A stretch of DNA of 64,000 bases from Ranitomeya imitator (lineage: Eukaryota), in contig NC_091289.1 of NCBI RefSeq assembly GCF_032444005.1, positions 22,444,001 to 22,508,000 of the forward strand, written 5' to 3'. Every line of letters starts with the position of its first letter. The first letter of the stretch is position 1. The position numbers and the translations under genes were made by a program. The notes below the pieces were generated by a model. The model was not told where the DNA came from, made no database searches, and saw only the letters and a program-made list of their open reading frames with translations. Below, piece after piece: positions 12,423 to 24,944 of the stretch.

Positions 12423-13384
12423 ATATGGGGTAATGAAGGGTTAATGCCACCTTGCTATTGTAAGGTGACATTAAGCCTAATTAATAATGGAGAGGCGTCA
12501 ATTATGACACCTATCCATTATTAATCCAATACTAGTAAAGGGTTAAATAAAACACAAACACATTTTTTAAAATTATTTTAATGAAATAAAAACAATGGTT
12601 GTTGCAGTATTTTATTCAACGCCCAATCCAGTCACTGAAGACCCTCGTTCTGTGAGTAAAAAAACATAATAAACCAACAATATACTTACCCTCCGCAGAT
12701 CTGTAACGTCCAACGATGTAAATCCTTCTGAAGGGGTTAAAACATTTTGCAGCAAGGAGCTGTGCTAATGCAGGCTGCTCCTCGCTGCAAAACCCCAGGG
12801 AATGAGGCTAAAAATAGATCAATGATCTATATTTAGCTTCATTTGCGGTGAGGCGCCCTCTGCTGGCTGTTCATAGATCGTGGGAAATTACCTAGAAAGC
12901 CAGGGAGCTTTCTAGGTAATTTCCCACGATCTATGAACAGCCAGCAGAGGGCGCCTCACCGCAAATGAAGCTAAATATAGATCATTGATCTATTTTTAGC
13001 CTCATTCCCTGGGGTTTTGCAGCGAGGAGCAGCCTGCATTAGCACAGCTCCTTGCTGCAAAATGTTTTAACCCCTTCAGAAGGATTTACATCGTTGGACG
13101 TTACAGATCTGCGGAGGGTAAGTATATTGTTGGTTTATTATGTTTTTTTACTCACAGAACGAGGGTCTTCAGTGACTGGATTGGGCGTTGAATAAAATAC
13201 TGCAACAACCATTGTTTTTATTTCATTAAAATAATTTTAAAAAATGTGTTTGTGTTTTATTTAACCCTTTACTAGTATTGGATTAATAATGGATAGGTGT
13301 CATAATTGACGCCTCTCCATTATTAATTAGGCTTAATGTCACCTTACAATAGCAAGGTGGCATTAACCCTTCATTACCCCATAT
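12423..13384. repeat. Long inverted repeat: 478-bp arms, 6-nt spacer (12901-12906)
   Basis: Arms read as exact reverse complements in every segment checked. Coordinates are symmetric (12423+13384 = 12900+12907). Confidence 0.92.
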
Positions 13385-13494
13385 TACCCCTTCATTACAC
13401 ATTTATTCTACCTATTCTACTGTAAGCTGTCAGTGTGATTTTACTGTACACCGCACTGAATTACCGGCTTTTCTCTCTAATATATGTGTCTACT

Positions 13495-13535
<41 letters not shown>
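13495..13535. repeat. (AT)n microsatellite (another at ~11940-11960)
   Basis: Direct reading of TA runs. Confidence 0.9.
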
Positions 13536-13540
<5 letters not shown>

Positions 13541-15088
13541 GTATATATATATTTTCTTTTCTTTTTGGGACACATGGATCACTTCTATAGCGGTATGTTG
13601 GTTTTGCTAGCCTGCGAGAAAACCACGCAGTACGGATGCCATACGGATTACATACGGAGGATGCCATGCGCAAGAAACGCTGACACACCCTGCCTACGGA
13701 GGAGCTACGGACCACTTTTTTCGGGACTTTTCAGCGTATTACGGCCGTAATATACGGACCGTATTGTTTTACGCTGTGTGTGACGCCGGCCTTACAGTAG
13801 CCATTATTAAGGCTCGTTCAGACGACCGTATTTTTTGGCTCAAGTGACATACATCAAAATATCAGTTCGCACCAGGACCAATGTTATTCAATGAGACCGT
13901 GCACGTCAGATTTTTTCCCTTGAATCGAGCATGCATGATTTGCATCTAATAATTGGATGAGACTCACCCATTCAAGTCTATGAGTGAATATGAAAAAAAA
14001 TTTGGACATCATACAGAGCCACAATATGGCGTCTGATTTTTATGGATACATTGCAATTCTGTAACACAGGAAACTAAATTTTGCTGTATTAAAAAAGGGG
14101 CTTGTACATGGATGACAAGTGAGGAAAAAAAATTATCCCATTTTTCAAAGCGAAACTCGGACTGATTTTTTTTATGTCGTAGTGTCGTAGCCTTAGACAG
14201 GCTAAATACCCCAAATAATCAAAATAGTCAACTTCTGGCCTCTGCTATGCATCTGCAGCTGAGGGGATTGCAATTTTTTTTGTAATGGAGGGCACTTTAA
14301 AACCAATAAAAAGTTTCATATAACTAAATCACAAACTTCTATAACTGGACTAAAAATATGTCTATAGCTAAATACCACATTTGGGTGCTGACTAGCAATG
14401 TTACAAATATAATAATCCTTCGTGCTAATAATATATATTCCATTATCAAAGATAAAAGCACAAGTCTGATGGTTTTTATGGAGCAGACCGAATTGTGACA
14501 TACCGTGAACTGGTGTTGTAAAGCCTCATTAATCAGAGTACAAATCCCAAGGCATGGAGATGTTCTAATTAATCTTCTTCTGCTCATACCTAGTCAGGAA
14601 TGGCAGTAGAAGTGTTCACAGACCTTCCCCTCCGCACTGCGCAAAGTCGTCAAGGTGTTAGGAGGTCGGTAGAAATCTTACCTTAGCAATACATTAAAGC
14701 AATTGTTTCATGAAGAGAGATCCCACATCTGAAGTATCGCTACATTTTCCCTGCAAGAGAACTGTTTGTGGCTTCCCCTTTCAAAATTAGTATGTTAAGA
14801 TAGGTTGGGTAAGAGATTAGAGATGGGCGAACCCGTGGGAAGTTCGGGTTGAACTTGAGTGTAAAGTTTGGTTTGGGTACCCGAACTTAACCCATGACCC
14901 GAACCCCATGTAAATCAATGGGAACCCGAACTTTGGCGCTGTAAAATGGTCGTAGTAAGGGCTAGGGGGTCCACTCCTAAAAAGGAAAAAAAAAAAAGAT
15001 TAGAACAACCCTTTAAAAAAAAAAGAAATTAAACAATGGTGACGCTCATTCCGCCATGATGAGCCAGGAACTATGAATTGGTAATGTT

Positions 15089-16133
15089 TAGTGTTGAGCC
15101 ATACCGTCCGATACTTGAAAGTATCGGTATCGGATAGTATCGGCCGATACCCGAAAAATATCGGATATCGCCGATACCGATATCCGATACCAATACAAGT
15201 CAATGGGACATCAAGTATCGGAAGGTATTCTCATGGTTCCCAGGGTCTGAAGGAGAGGAAACTCTCCTTCAGGCCCTGGGATCCATAGGGATGTGTAAAA
15301 TAAAGAATTAAAATAAAAAATATTGATATATTTACCTCTCCGGCGGCCCCTGAACTCAGCGCGGGTAACCGGCAGGCTTCTTTGTTCAAAATCAGCGCTT
15401 TTAGGACCTGAGAATCACGTCCCGGCTTCTGATTGGTCGCGGGCCGCCCATGTGACCGCCACGCGACCAATCACAAGCCGCGACGTCACCGCAAGCTATT
15501 AACGCGTGGCCGCGACCAATCACAAGCCGCTACGTCTTTGAAAGCCATTAACGCGCTCATTTTTAAAAATGAGCGCGTTAATAGCTTGCGGTGACGTCGC
15601 GGCTTGTGATTGGTCGCGTGGCCGCGACCAATCACAAGCCGCTACGTCTTTGAAAGTCATTAACGCGCTCATTTTTAAAAATGAGCGCGTTAATAGCTTG
15701 CGGTGACGTCGCGGCTTGTGATTGGTCGCGGCCACGCGACCAATCACAAGCCGCTACGTCTTTGAAAGCCATTAACGCGCTCATTTTTAAAAATGAGCGC
15801 GTTAATAGCTTGCGGTGACGTCGCGGCTTGTGATTGGTCGCGTGGCGGTCACATGGGCGGCCCGCGACCAATCAGAAGCCGGGACGTGATTCTCAGGTCC
15901 TAAAAGCGCTGATTTTGAACAACGAAGCCTGCCGGTTACCCGCGCTGAGTCCAGGGGCCGCCGAAGAGGTAAATATATCAATATTTTTTATTTTAATTCT
16001 TTATTTTACACATCTCTATGTATCCGATACCGATACCCGATACCACAAAAGTATCGGATCTCGGTATCGGAATTCCGATACCGCAAGTATCGGCCGATAC
16101 CCGATACTTGCGGTATCGGAATGCTCAACACTA
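15089..16133. mobile_element. hAT-type MITE, 1045 bp
   Basis: TIR TAGTGTTGAGC / GCTCAACACTA. 8-bp TSD GTAATGTT at 15081-15088 and 16134-16141. GATACC/GGTATC subterminal repeats. Confidence 0.9.
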
Positions 16134-16239
16134 GTAATGTTATATTGCAGCCATTCCAATAAATGACCATCACTAAGATCAGCTCGAATCTGCCATAATC
16201 AGAGCTGCCCTTACATTACTGCCATGTATTTTGGCTGCA

Positions 16240-16509
16240 GCTCCCCCCCCCCGTTTTTCCTGTGTGCTCCAGCCCCCCAGTGTCTACTTTGTGACGTGTG
16301 TGCTCCAGCCCCCCAATACCTCCTATGTAACGTGTGTGCTCCAGCCCCCAAGATGTCTCCTATGTGAGGCGTATGCTCCAGTTCCCAGTGTCTCCTATGT
16401 GATGCATGTACTCCAGCCCCCACCAGTGTCTCCTATGTGATGCGTATGCTCCAGCCCCAATGTCTCCTATGTGATGTTTATGCTCCAGCCCGATGTCTCC
16501 CATGTGATG
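16240..16509. repeat. Degenerate ~39-bp minisatellite
   Basis: Recurrent GTGTCTCCTATGTGA...TGCTCCAGCCCC units. Confidence 0.75.
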
Positions 16510-16511
16510 TA

Positions 16512-18172
16512 CAGTACTGACCAAAAGTTTGGACACACCTTCTCATTTAAAGATTTTTCTGTATTTTCATGACTACGAAAATTGTAAATTCACACTGAAG
16601 GCATCAAAACTATGAATTAACATATGTGGAATTATATACTTAACAAAAAAGTTAAAACAACTGAAAATATGTCTTATATTCTAGGTTCTTCAAAGTAGCC
16701 ATGTTTTGCTTTGATGACTGCTTTGCACACTCTTGGCATTCTCTTGATGAGCTTCAAGAGGTAGTCACCGGAAATGGTCTTCCAACAATCTTGAAGGAGT
16801 TCCCAGAGATGCTTAGCACTTGTTGGCCCTTTTGCCTTCACTCTGCGGTCCAGCTCACCCCAAAACATCAGGTCATCTGGCATAGCACCCCATCACTCTC
16901 CTTCTTGGTCAAATAGCCCTTACACAGCCTGGAGGTGTGTTTGGGGTCATTGTCCTGTTGAAAAATAAATGATGGTCCAACTAAACGCAAACCGGATGGA
17001 ATAGCATGCCGCTGCAAGATGCTGTGGTAGTCATGCTGGTTCAGTATGCCTTCAATTTTCAATAAATCCCCAACAGTCTCACCAGCAAAGCCCCCCCACA
17101 CCATCACACCTCCTCCTCCATGCTTCACGGTGGGAACCAGGCATGTAGAGTCCATCCGTTCACCTTTTCAGCGTCGCACAAAGACACGGTGGTTGGAACC
17201 AAAGATCTCAAATTTGGACTCATCAGACCAAAGCACAGATTTCCACTGGTCTAATGTCCATTCCTTGGGTTCTTTAGCCCAAACAAGTCTCTTCTGCTTG
17301 TTGCCTGTCCTTAGCAGTGGTTTCCTAGCAGCTATTTTACCATGAAGGCCTGCTGCACAAAGTCTCCTCTTAACAGTTGTTGTAGAGATGTGTCTGCTGC
17401 TAGAACTCTGTGTGGCATTGACCTGGTCTCTAATCTGAGCTGCGGTTAACCTGCGATTTCTGAGGCTGGTGACTCGGATAAACTTATCCTCAGAAGCAGA
17501 GGTGACACTTTCAAAGTTTTCCCAATTTTTTGGACTGACTGACCTTCATTTCTTGAAGTAATAACGGCTACTCGTTTTTCTTTACTTAGCTGCTTTTTCT
17601 TGCCGTAATACAAATTATAACAGTCTATTCAGTAGGACTATCAGCTGTTTATCCACCAAACTTCTGCACAACACAACTGATGGTCCCAACCCCATTTATA
17701 AGGCAAGAAATCCCACTTATTAAACCTGACAGGGCACACCTGTGAAGTGAAAACCATTTCTGGTGACTACCTCTTGAAGCTCATCAAGAGAATGCCAAGA
17801 GTGTGCAATATGCAAATTGCCTCTTCTGAGAAAAAGAGAACTTAAACTCTATAGCGCCACCTGTTGGAAGTAGCGATCCTACAAGTCACAATCAACCCTT
17901 CAACGAGTCGTGCAATATGACTTAGGATAAAAGCCAAATCAATATCTCAATTCGCAAAGCAGTGTGCAAAGCAGTCATCAAAGCAAAAGGTGGCTACTTT
18001 GAAGAACCTAGAATATAAGACAGATTTTCAGTTGTTTCACACTTTTTTGTTAAGTATATAATTCCACATGTGTTAATTTATAGTTTTGATGCCTTCAGTG
18101 TGAATTTACAATTTTCGTAGTCATGAAAATACAGAAAAATCTTTAAATGAGAAGGTGTGTCCAAACTCTTGG
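16512..18172 (-). mobile_element. Tc1/mariner family A, internally deleted, right end lost in assembly gap
   Basis: TA then CAGTACTGACCAAAAGTTTGGACAC; ~200-bp TIRs. Minus-strand VKHGGGGVMVWG and QQDNDPKH. Same family as 38267-39893. Confidence 0.92.
17809..17960 (-). mobile_element. 152-bp fragment of the hammerhead-bearing ~331-bp repeat family inserted in Tc1
   Basis: Reverse complement of the ~54930-55076 segment. Flanked by direct repeat AGTGTGCAA at 17800-17808 and 17961-17969. Confidence 0.8.
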
Positions 18173-18300
18173 NNNNNNNNNNNNNNNNNNNNNNNNNNNN
18201 NNNNNNNNNNNNNNNNNNNNNNNNNNNNNNNNNNNNNNNNNNNNNNNNNNNNNNNNNNNNNNNNNNNNNNNNNNNNNNNNNNNNNNNNNNNNNNNNNNNN
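18173..18300. other. Assembly gap (128 N)
   Basis: N run. Confidence 1.
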
Positions 18301-18456
18301 ATTCGGCTCCATGGAACATTTCAACCCTTTCCCACCTATCATGCTTCAAACATAACGATACCAAATGTAAATTTTTGGCGAAGACTCAACAACAAGAAGA
18401 ACACAGTTGTGAAGTTGAATGAAATTTATTGGTTATTTTACATTTTAGTGTTTTAA

Positions 18457-20962
18457 CCCTCCGTCACATACAATATTCGGACTAACGAGTTCACATACAA
18501 TGTGCCTGTCAGGCGCCTGCTGGAAAAATACCTATAATATCTAATGTTTGCAATTTCAGTGCTCTAAAAGTGATCAGTGACCTTCATAGGGATGTAATAA
18601 AAGAGACTACACATAATCAATTGCAAAAAAAAACATTTACTTAACATAAAACTAATAACTATGAAATACAAACTTTTCAAAACTCCCGCCAAATAGTCCC
18701 CAGTTCGACTCTCTCAAAAAAATGTACAAAGAAAATTTTTGAACACAAACTTAATTTTAAGGTACCTTAAGTACTATTAAAAACATATTCAATCAGAAGT
18801 AGATGCTGAGGTTTCCCCAGAAAAGTCACACTTGCAGAGCAAATGGCAAGAATTACACACCATTTTTGCATGTGTCAGGCAAATTGCTTTATGACATTTG
18901 AGACATTCATAATTTGAAAGCCTTCTGGTTCCGTTTTCCGTTTGGCAGGTGGTGCATCTCCTTCTTTTGTGAGGTGGTGCAGATGGTGACTTTTCACCAT
19001 CATCTTCTGGGCGGAACCTTTTGAGCTGAACTTGAAGGCGAGAGGGGATACCGATTGTTTTCACGCTTCTCCTGCGTAGCTCTCCAAGTACTAGTTCATG
19101 GGCCAATTTTTTCAGATACAATCGTCTACGGAGTGGTTCAAGCTTGTTTTCAAGATAAATTACTTGTGAATTTATACCAATTCAACATAGCAAAAAATAT
19201 GACCATTGGCCAGCGTTTGATGTTTCTGCTGACGTTGAAAGTGGAGCACATCTGATCTGCTGTATCCACACCCCCTTTGGTGGCATTGTAAAATGTAATT
19301 ATCTCCGGTTTTTTTTCTGCCCCAGTCCCAGGATCGATGGCAGCATCATCATGAAGTGTTGATAGAAGAAGTACGATTTTTTTGGCATGTGGTACATAGG
19401 AAACTAAAGCCTTTCCATTATGGAATGCAAACATACTGCTGTACTGTTGTCTCTCTTTCACACTTACAAACTGTGGCGGCAATTCCCTTTTGTTTTTTCT
19501 TACAGTTCCCACATATGACAGCTTCTGAATTTTCAGATAATCAATCAGATCACAACTTGTAAACCAATTGTCAGCTGTAATATTGCGACCCGATCCAAAT
19601 AAGGGTTCAGCCAGTCTTTTTACAACATCAATGGGTTTGTTGCTCACACAGTAAGGACCTTCTAGTTGTTTTCCTGCATAAACTTCCAGGTTGTAAGTGT
19701 AGGTCTTACTGGCATCAACAAGGGCATAAATTTTTATTCCATATTTGTTTGGCTTTGATGGAATATATTGACGAAAGGCACATCTACCACGAAAACCAGG
19801 GAGCATTTCGTCAATAGTGAGATTCTCTCCAGGGTAATAACTTTGTTTACAGTTTACAACAAATCTTTGAAATATATCACGAATTGGAGCAAGTCGGTCA
19901 TGTGTTTTGCGTTCGGTTCGGGTAGTTCTGTCGTCAAACCGAAGGCAACGAATTAGAATCTTGAATCTGTTTATGGACATAACAAGGCTAAATTTTTCAA
20001 CTCCATCCCCATCTTTACCCCAAAGTTCCTCCAAACTTTGTCTATTTGCCCTATAAGCTCCTGCAAGGTACAGTAATCCAAAAAAAGCACGCAGTTCTAT
20101 TTCATCTGTGGGCTTGATGGTTCTGTTGCAGATTTACTTGTCCTTTATAATGTCTATATATTGGTTGGTATATGTGACAATAGAGTCCAGAATGTCATCT
20201 GTAAATATACTGTTCCAGCATTCAACTGCAGTTTTTGCATTACGTGCAGTTCCTATTACTGCAGGAAGGTGAGTAATAATGTTTAAAGGTTCCCTACGTT
20301 TTTTCTGGAATGGCTTCTTGTTCCATTTAGTATTTTTATCTTTTCCAATATAATATGATCCAACTTCTTCATCCTCACCACTGTCACCATCTTGCTATGT
20401 TTGAGAATCCAGGACACATTCTTCCACCTCATCATGAGAATCAATCTCACTTTCCTCTCCTAAATCCTCATTCAGTGTGAGGTCTCTATCATCTAACAGC
20501 ATGTTTGTTACTTCCTCAACATCAAGTTGTTTGGATAAATTGTACATTTTCCTCTCCATTTCAGCAGATAATCTGAAGCAAGAGAAGGAATATGTTAGGG
20601 AACTACTGTATATGCCTGAGCAGCACACTTTCTTTTATAAAATCTCCCTTATTTCTATGAAATATCCTCACATTTTGTGCTATACATTCATAAAACAAGC
20701 TAAATAAACTATTGTGATGAATAAAAACATAAAATACCAACCTTACTGAATGTGACGTATTCACATACAATGAGCCTGAGAGATCTGTGCAGCTATATCC
20801 TCTCCCCTGAAGCTCTGAAATCCAACTGTGATATCAGGTTTCACAGACCTTCAAGAGACAGGAGACTACCTGGAGGGAGGGGGTTTCCTCACAATCTGGT
20901 GAGGAAGGAGAAATGAAAGTAAAAGAGAAGCGCCTGTCAGATCAGTTGTATGTGACGGAGGG
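18457..20962 (-). mobile_element. piggyBac DNA transposon, 2506 bp
   Basis: 17-bp TIR CCCTCCGTCACATACAA. TTAA TSD at 18453-18456 and 20963-20966. Confidence 0.95.
18789..20559 (-). pseudogene. piggyBac transposase, inactivated
   Basis: DDD triad in TIDEML, TADNWF and GVDTAD. C-terminal Cys-rich domain (CTTC...CLKC...CLTH...C). Stops near 20395 and 20136; frameshift near 19160. Confidence 0.92.
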
Positions 20963-23900
20963 TTAATGGAAATTCAAAAACTGAAAAGTGGGGCGTGCAA
21001 TATTATTCGGCCCCTTTACTTTCAGTGCAGCAAACTCACTCCAGAAGTTCATTGTGGATCTCTGAATGATCCAATGTTCTCCTAAATGCCTAATGATGAT
21101 AAATATAATCCACCTGTGTGTAATCAAGCCTCCATATAAATGTACCTGCTCTGTGATAGTCTCAGGGTTCTGTTTGAAGCACAGAGAGCATCATGAAGAC
21201 CAAGAAACACAACAGGCAGGTCCGTGATACTGTTGTGGAGAAGTTTAAAGCCGGATTTGGATACAAAATTATTTCCAAAACTTTAAACATCCCAAGGAGC
21301 ACTGTGCAAGTGATCATATTGAAATGGAAGGAGTATCATACCACTGCAAATCTACCAAGACCCGGCCGTCCCTCTAAACTTTCATCTCAAACAAGGAGAA
21401 GACTGATCAGAGATGCAGCCAAGAGGCCCATGATCACTCTGGATGAACTGCAGAGATCTACAGCTGAGGTGGGACAGTCTGTCCATAGGACAACAATCAG
21501 TCGTACACTGCACAAATCTGGCCTTTATGGAAGAGTGGCAAGAAGAAAGCCATTTCTCAAAGATATCCATAAAAAGTGTTGTTTAAAGTTTGCAACAAAC
21601 CACCTGGGAGACACACCAAACATGTGGAAGAAGGTGCTCTGGTCAGATGAAACCAAAATCGAACTTTTTGGCAACAATGCCAAACGATATGTTTGGTGTA
21701 AAGGCAACACAGCTCATAACCCTGACCACACCATCCCCACATGGTGGTGGCAGCATCATGGTTTGGGCCTGCTTTTCTTCAGCAGGGACAGGGAAGATGG
21801 CTAAAATTGATGGGAAGATGGATGGAGCCAAATACAGGAACATTCTTGAAGAAAACCTGTTGGAGTCTGCAAAAGACCTGAGACTGGGACGGAGATTTGT
21901 CTTCCAATAAGACAATGATCTCAAACATAAAGCAAAATCTACAATGGAATGGTGCACAAATAAACGTATCCAGCTGTTAGAATGGCCGAGTCAGAGTCCA
22001 GACCTGAATCCAATCGAGAATCTGTGGAAAGAGCTGAAAACTGCTGTTCACAAACGATCTCCATCAAACCTCACTGAGCTCGAGCTGTTTGCCAAAGAAG
22101 AATGGGCAAGAATTTCAGTCTCTCGATGTACAAAACTGATAGAGACATTCCCCAAGTGACTTGCAGCTGTAATTGCAGCAAAAGGTGGCGCAACAAATTA
22201 TTAAGTTAAAGGGGCAGAATAATATTGCACGCCCCACTTTTTAGTTTTTGAATTTCCACAAAAATTTAAAATAACCAATAAATTCCGTTCAACTTCACAC
22301 TTGTGTTCCACTTGTTGTTGATTCTTCACCAAAAATTTACATTTGGTATCTTTATGTTTGAAGCATGATATGTTGGAAAAGGTTGAAAAGTTCCAGGGAG
22401 CCGAATACTTACGCAAGGTACTGTATATAATTTTTAATGATGATATTTTTGCAGATCTTCATGCACATTCCATTGCAGGACGAGTACCATTATTTATATC
22501 ACTTTGATGCAATGTGATTAACAGAGATATACTTGGCTCTATATCTGTAATCCAAAGTGCGTTGACTCAAAGTGAAAGTCATTAAGTTCTTTTTCTCCTT
22601 TTTGTATTTTTTTTTCTCATCCCACTGAATGTGCTGGCAAATCCTTCTCTGTTTTGGCTGCTAATCTGAGAAGGAAAGCTGCCAGCGGCGTTTGTAATTG
22701 TACACTGGCTGATGTGAATTTGCACATTCTACGCTGCCAATTTCTGTTGTTTCTTTACAGAGAAAAAGTTGGGGCAGGTAAAGCTGAGAAATGTATCATC
22801 AGAGACTCTGATTCAGAGTGCTAGAGCCCTGTGGTATGCGGCCTTCGTATACTGCAGCAGATATCTGCTATATTTATGGTAATTTTTCTTTATTTTTTTT
22901 CCCTTCTCTAAAATGTTGCAGTTATCAGTGGCCACTTATCATCCTTTCAGCAGATTCCTTATATCAGGAAGTATTACAATCACAAGTAAGAACACAAGAT
23001 CCAACGATCACAATAGGCAATATCACTGCTCTCCCTCCCTGCTTTGCACACGCTCATTAGATGCTTCATTACAAGAGATAGGGTTGCTGCTAATATTCAT
23101 GTTCATTTCCGGAGACTGAAACCAAGAGTCTAAAATAGCTCTAGTGGGCAGTGTGAAAATGGCAGAATGTCTCATTTTTATTGCTCATATACATCGTGAA
23201 AAGGAAAAAAGAAAAAAAAAATACACAAATGGCATAAGAAAAAAATACATTTAATACAAAATCCTGATTTGAACAATATGTCTTTTCCTGACAACATATT
23301 CCCTTTAGCTTTTCCAACGTTCCATAAAGAATGTTAACGTTGCTAATAATGATGTGAATTTTTAACTCAAATGTTACCCTTTCAATGGGTAGGGTAAAAT
23401 TTAGGGTTAAGTCATTAAGTACTTCTCTTAATATTTTCCTACAATTAATAATATAGGGTACCTGCCTGCCTTATAGTGGTTGTCTAAGCGAACTCATTTT
23501 TTGCAGGCCACATTAACACATTAATGATCAGCTATAGTTGGACTCACAGAAAAAATCCCCCAAAAAGAAAAAATACACTAAAATTTATCCTTTATTAATA
23601 TATATTATAAGACCATAAATGTGCACTTGACAACACCATCACCATTGGATGCAAGCGTACTACAGAAAAGGCCGGGTAGTGCCTCGCCCTAAACTTTCTC
23701 AATGCTCCCTACCTGCCAGCGGAGGTTGGCACCCTATGATCCTGCGCCGTGGCGCCCCCGCTCCTCGTCGGCTAACCCTGCTATCCCTATTGTGCCCTAG
23801 TAGGGTCAGGAGAGAAAATCTCACTTAAACAATAATTAAATATGGATAGCTTGAAAGGGCATGAATATGTCAGTAAAATATCTGACTAGATCTAGGGATC

Positions 23901-24269
23901 TCACCTGACTTGGTAGTCTGTGTCCCTTACTACTTATATATATACATAAAGATCATAATTTAGGCAAGATGATATAAACAGCAGGTAGGGATGTTACAAA
24001 GAGACTAAATATACATATGTGATCTTGGTCTAGCTATATATGTATTACGGTCACCAGATACTGTGATGACAATAGGGAAGATGTATTTGCTGAAATGTCA
24101 AGCATATCCCATACAGCCATAGAGGGATCAAGCTGCAGCTCTCATTAAATAATCAATGTAAAGTAGCCACATGCCGTCCCCACATATTTGTTTGTTGTGA
24201 CCCACGTGCTGACCAGATCCATAAACCACCTTCTATCTCATACAGAGGTTAATAAACATATCCCTTTTC

Positions 24270-24318
24270 TACTCAACGCGTTTCTCCCCTTCTGATGAAA
24301 AGGGGTTCATCAGGAGTA
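24270..24318 (-). ncRNA. Minimal type-I hammerhead-like motif (left-arm copy)
   Basis: Reverse complement of 24896-24944. Confidence 0.6.
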
Positions 24319-24895
24319 CATCCAGATAACAAAGGGTTACTTAGCTTGCAATAAGATAGCAGCACATTGGCATGGTAGACAGCTGCACCACCGATCCCCT
24401 TCTCTTAGTGGCGCCCACACACAAGTGCTAAACCACGTGTATTAAGTAGACTCACCATTACCTCCGTACACCTAGCACCTGAGAGCCTGGAGCGCTCATC
24501 CCATTTCCGGCACTTCTATCTTAATAGTTCATGTCCTGTATGTTAAAGACGCACTAGCGTCATCAATAGGCGCGCCGCCGCTACACCAGGATAACAGAGC
24601 GCAGGCGCCGATTACTCCAAGATGGCGCCTACGTGTATCAACAAGCGAGGAAGTGGCGGCAGTACGCTTGTTGATACACACGATACATATTAAGATAGAA
24701 GCGCCGGAAATGGGATGAGCGCTCCAGGCTCTCAGGTGCTAGGTGTACGGAGGTAATGGTGAGTCTACTTAATACACGTGGTTTAGCACTTGTGTGTGGG
24801 CGCCACTAAGAGAAGGGGATCGGTGGTGCAGCTGTCTACCATGCCAATGTGCTGCTATCTTATTGCAAGCTAAGTAACCCTTTGTTATCTGGATG

Positions 24896-24944
24896 TACTC
24901 CTGATGAACCCCTTTTCATCAGAAGGGGAGAAACGCGTTGAGTA
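24896..24944 (+). ncRNA. Minimal type-I hammerhead-like motif
   Basis: TACTC-CTGATGA-A-CCCCTT-TTCATCAG-AAGGGG-A-GAAA-CGC-GTT-GAGTA: 5-bp stem I, intact core, palindromic stem III (AACGCGTT), GUU triplet, A.A at the stem II closing pair. Confidence 0.62.

Larger units (their letters stand above)
11561..13791. mobile_element. Non-autonomous Harbinger derivative (2231 bp) with the same termini as 1147-5614
   Basis: GGCCGCCGTCACACATGCGAGTTTTAC start and GTGTGACGCCGGCC end. TTA TSD at 11558-11560 and 13792-13794. No transposase ORF. Confidence 0.92.
18301..22423 (+). mobile_element. Tc1/mariner family B, left TIR split by piggyBac; transposase 21193-22159 disrupted
   Basis: MKTKKHNRQVRDTVVEKFK, LWSDETK, Q*DNDLKH, SPDLNPIENLW. 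Right TIR ends CTG followed by TA (22424-22425). Left TIR pieces at 18301-18452 and from 20967. Confidence 0.9.

Noticed and set aside
18121-18456. ORFs spanning N runs (also 46650-46965); apparent fusion of two Tc1 families
   Set aside because: Artefacts of assembly gaps; adjacency across the gap cannot be interpreted.
22900-23200. Similarity to 51700-51950
   Set aside because: An ordinary old dispersed repeat with unresolved ends; not informative.
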